Program-made: the position numbers and the translations under genes
In this document: in pieces, positions 62,701 through 64,000 of the stretch
Layout: the number at the start of each line of letters is the position of its first letter
Numbering within the stretch: position 1 is the stretch's first letter
The notes under the pieces: model-generated
Seen by the model: only the letters and a program-made list of their open reading frames with translations
Told to the model about the DNA's origin: nothing
Database searches by the model: none
NCBI GenBank assembly: GCA_963422205.2
Contig: CAXMWX010000003.1
Location: 64,001 to 128,000 of the forward strand
DNA: 64,000 bases
Origin: Gammaproteobacteria bacterium
GTDB taxonomy: Bacteria > Pseudomonadota > Gammaproteobacteria > Eutrophobiales > Eutrophobiaceae
Reading direction: 5' to 3'

Positions 62701-63966
62701 ATGGTCAGGAAGATTCAGGCGATCAAAGGCATGCACGATGCCCTGCCCACGGAAACACCGCACTGGCAGGTGCTGGAGAGTACCATCCAATCCGTGCTGG
62801 AGGGATACGGCTATGCGGAGATTCGCCTGCCCATCCTGGAGCGAACCGAACTTTTCCAACGCGCTATCGGCGATGGCACGGATATCGTCAACAAAGAAAT
62901 GTATACTTTCAGCGATCGCCATGCCGAACACCTGACCCTGCGCCCCGAAGGCACGGCAGGCTGTGTGCGGGCGGTGCTGGAGCACGGCCTGCTGGCAAAA
63001 GGCGTCTTGCGTAGTTGGTATCGCGGCCCCATGTTTCGTTATGAACGACCACAACAGGGCCGCTTTCGCCAGTTCCATCAGGCGGGTGCGGAAGTCTTCG
63101 GGATTGCAACAGCAGACATTGATGCTGAGTTGATCCTGATTTGTAAACGACTCTGGCAGGCATTAGGCATAGCCGATGTCCGGCTGGAATTAAACACGCT
63201 GGGCACAGCCGCCTGCCGGCAACATTATCGCCACACGCTGGTTGAGTATTTTCGCTCCCATCATCAGCGGCTTGATGCGGACAGTCAGCACCGCCTTGAG
63301 GTGAATCCGTTACGCCTGCTGGACAGCAAGGACCCGGCGCTGCAACCGATAATCCGAACGGCACCGGTACTGACCGACTACCTGGATGCTGAATCACAGC
63401 AACACTTTGAAACCCTGCAAGCGCTGTTGCAGGCGGCTGGTGTGACCGTCACGCTCAACCCGCACCTGGTACGGGGGCTGGATTATTACAATCACACGGT
63501 GTTTGAATGGGTGACTGATCAGCTGGGCGCACAGGGGACGATTTGTGCCGGTGGCCGTTATGACGGTCTGGTAGAGCAGATTGGCGGTAAACCCACTCCT
63601 GCCACGGGTTTTGCGATGGGGCTGGAGCGTCTGCTGGCACTGATGCCCACGGACACCCGTCAGAGCAGACCGGTGGTTGATATTTACCTGGTTGCCGTTG
63701 GTGCCGCCGCCAGACAATGCGGGTTGCAACTCGCCGAGCAGTTACGCAATCAGTATCAGCAGCGCTGCATCATCGTCCATTGTGGCGATGGCAGTTTTAA
63801 GAGTCAGATGAGGCAGGCGGACAAGTCCGGCGCCCGCCTGGCGTTGGTGCTGGGAGAGCAGGAAGTAGCCGATAACACCATAGGGATTAAGTCGCTACGC
63901 ACCGGCCAGGCACAGTTTACGCTCGCCCAGTCCAACCTGCCAGAGCAGCTCGGCGAGTATCTCTGA
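62701..63966 (+). CDS. hisS: Histidine--tRNA ligase
   Basis: LRPEGTA, FRYERPQ.GR.RQF.Q, LVRGLDYY, GGRYDGL. Confidence 0.98.
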   Translation: MVRKIQAIKGMHDALPTETPHWQVLESTIQSVLEGYGYAEIRLPILERTELFQRAIGDGTDIVNKEMYTFSDRHAEHLTLRPEGTAGCVRAVLEHGLLAKGVLRSWYRGPMFRYERPQQGRFRQFHQAGAEVFGIATADIDAELILICKRLWQALGIADVRLELNTLGTAACRQHYRHTLVEYFRSHHQRLDADSQHRLEVNPLRLLDSKDPALQPIIRTAPVLTDYLDAESQQHFETLQALLQAAGVTVTLNPHLVRGLDYYNHTVFEWVTDQLGAQGTICAGGRYDGLVEQIGGKPTPATGFAMGLERLLALMPTDTRQSRPVVDIYLVAVGAAARQCGLQLAEQLRNQYQQRCIIVHCGDGSFKSQMRQADKSGARLALVLGEQEVADNTIGIKSLRTGQAQFTLAQSNLPEQLGEYL

Positions 63967-64000
63967 AATCGGCGCTGCCGCGCATGGAAAACTCACGTAT

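Overview
Chromosomal window from a Gammaproteobacterium (inferred from gene order and protein motifs). The core genes are bamC-like, glnA, lysA, trxA-rho, groES-groEL, tesA-ybbAP, can-hemH, slt, cca-uppP, folM-folK-folB, plsY-tsaD-rpsU-yqeY-dnaG-rpoD, an iscR-led suf operon, and ndk-rlmN-pilW-rodZ-hisS. Several accessory insertions are interspersed. Highlights: (1) a tightly coupled five-gene cassette at 44992-50979 encoding a Cys-rich PAPS-reductase/PP-loop protein, a group I cysteine desulfurase, a GHKL-type ATPase and two unknown proteins. It matches no Dnd, Ssp or BREX layout I recognise and is a candidate new sulfur-based nucleic-acid modification/defence system; two of its genes are broken in this sequence. 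(2) A tRNA-Ile2(CAT) gene split by a 237-nt group I intron. (3) A DNA methyltransferase-HNH fusion, and a type II RM pair inserted antisense between yqeY and dnaG. (4) A Fur-boxed flavinylation cluster (ApbE, FMN-binding protein, predicted barrel, PepSY-TM protein). (5) A second, degenerate CIRCE in front of two uncharacterised genes downstream of groEL. All family calls come from motif recognition by eye; no database searches were run.
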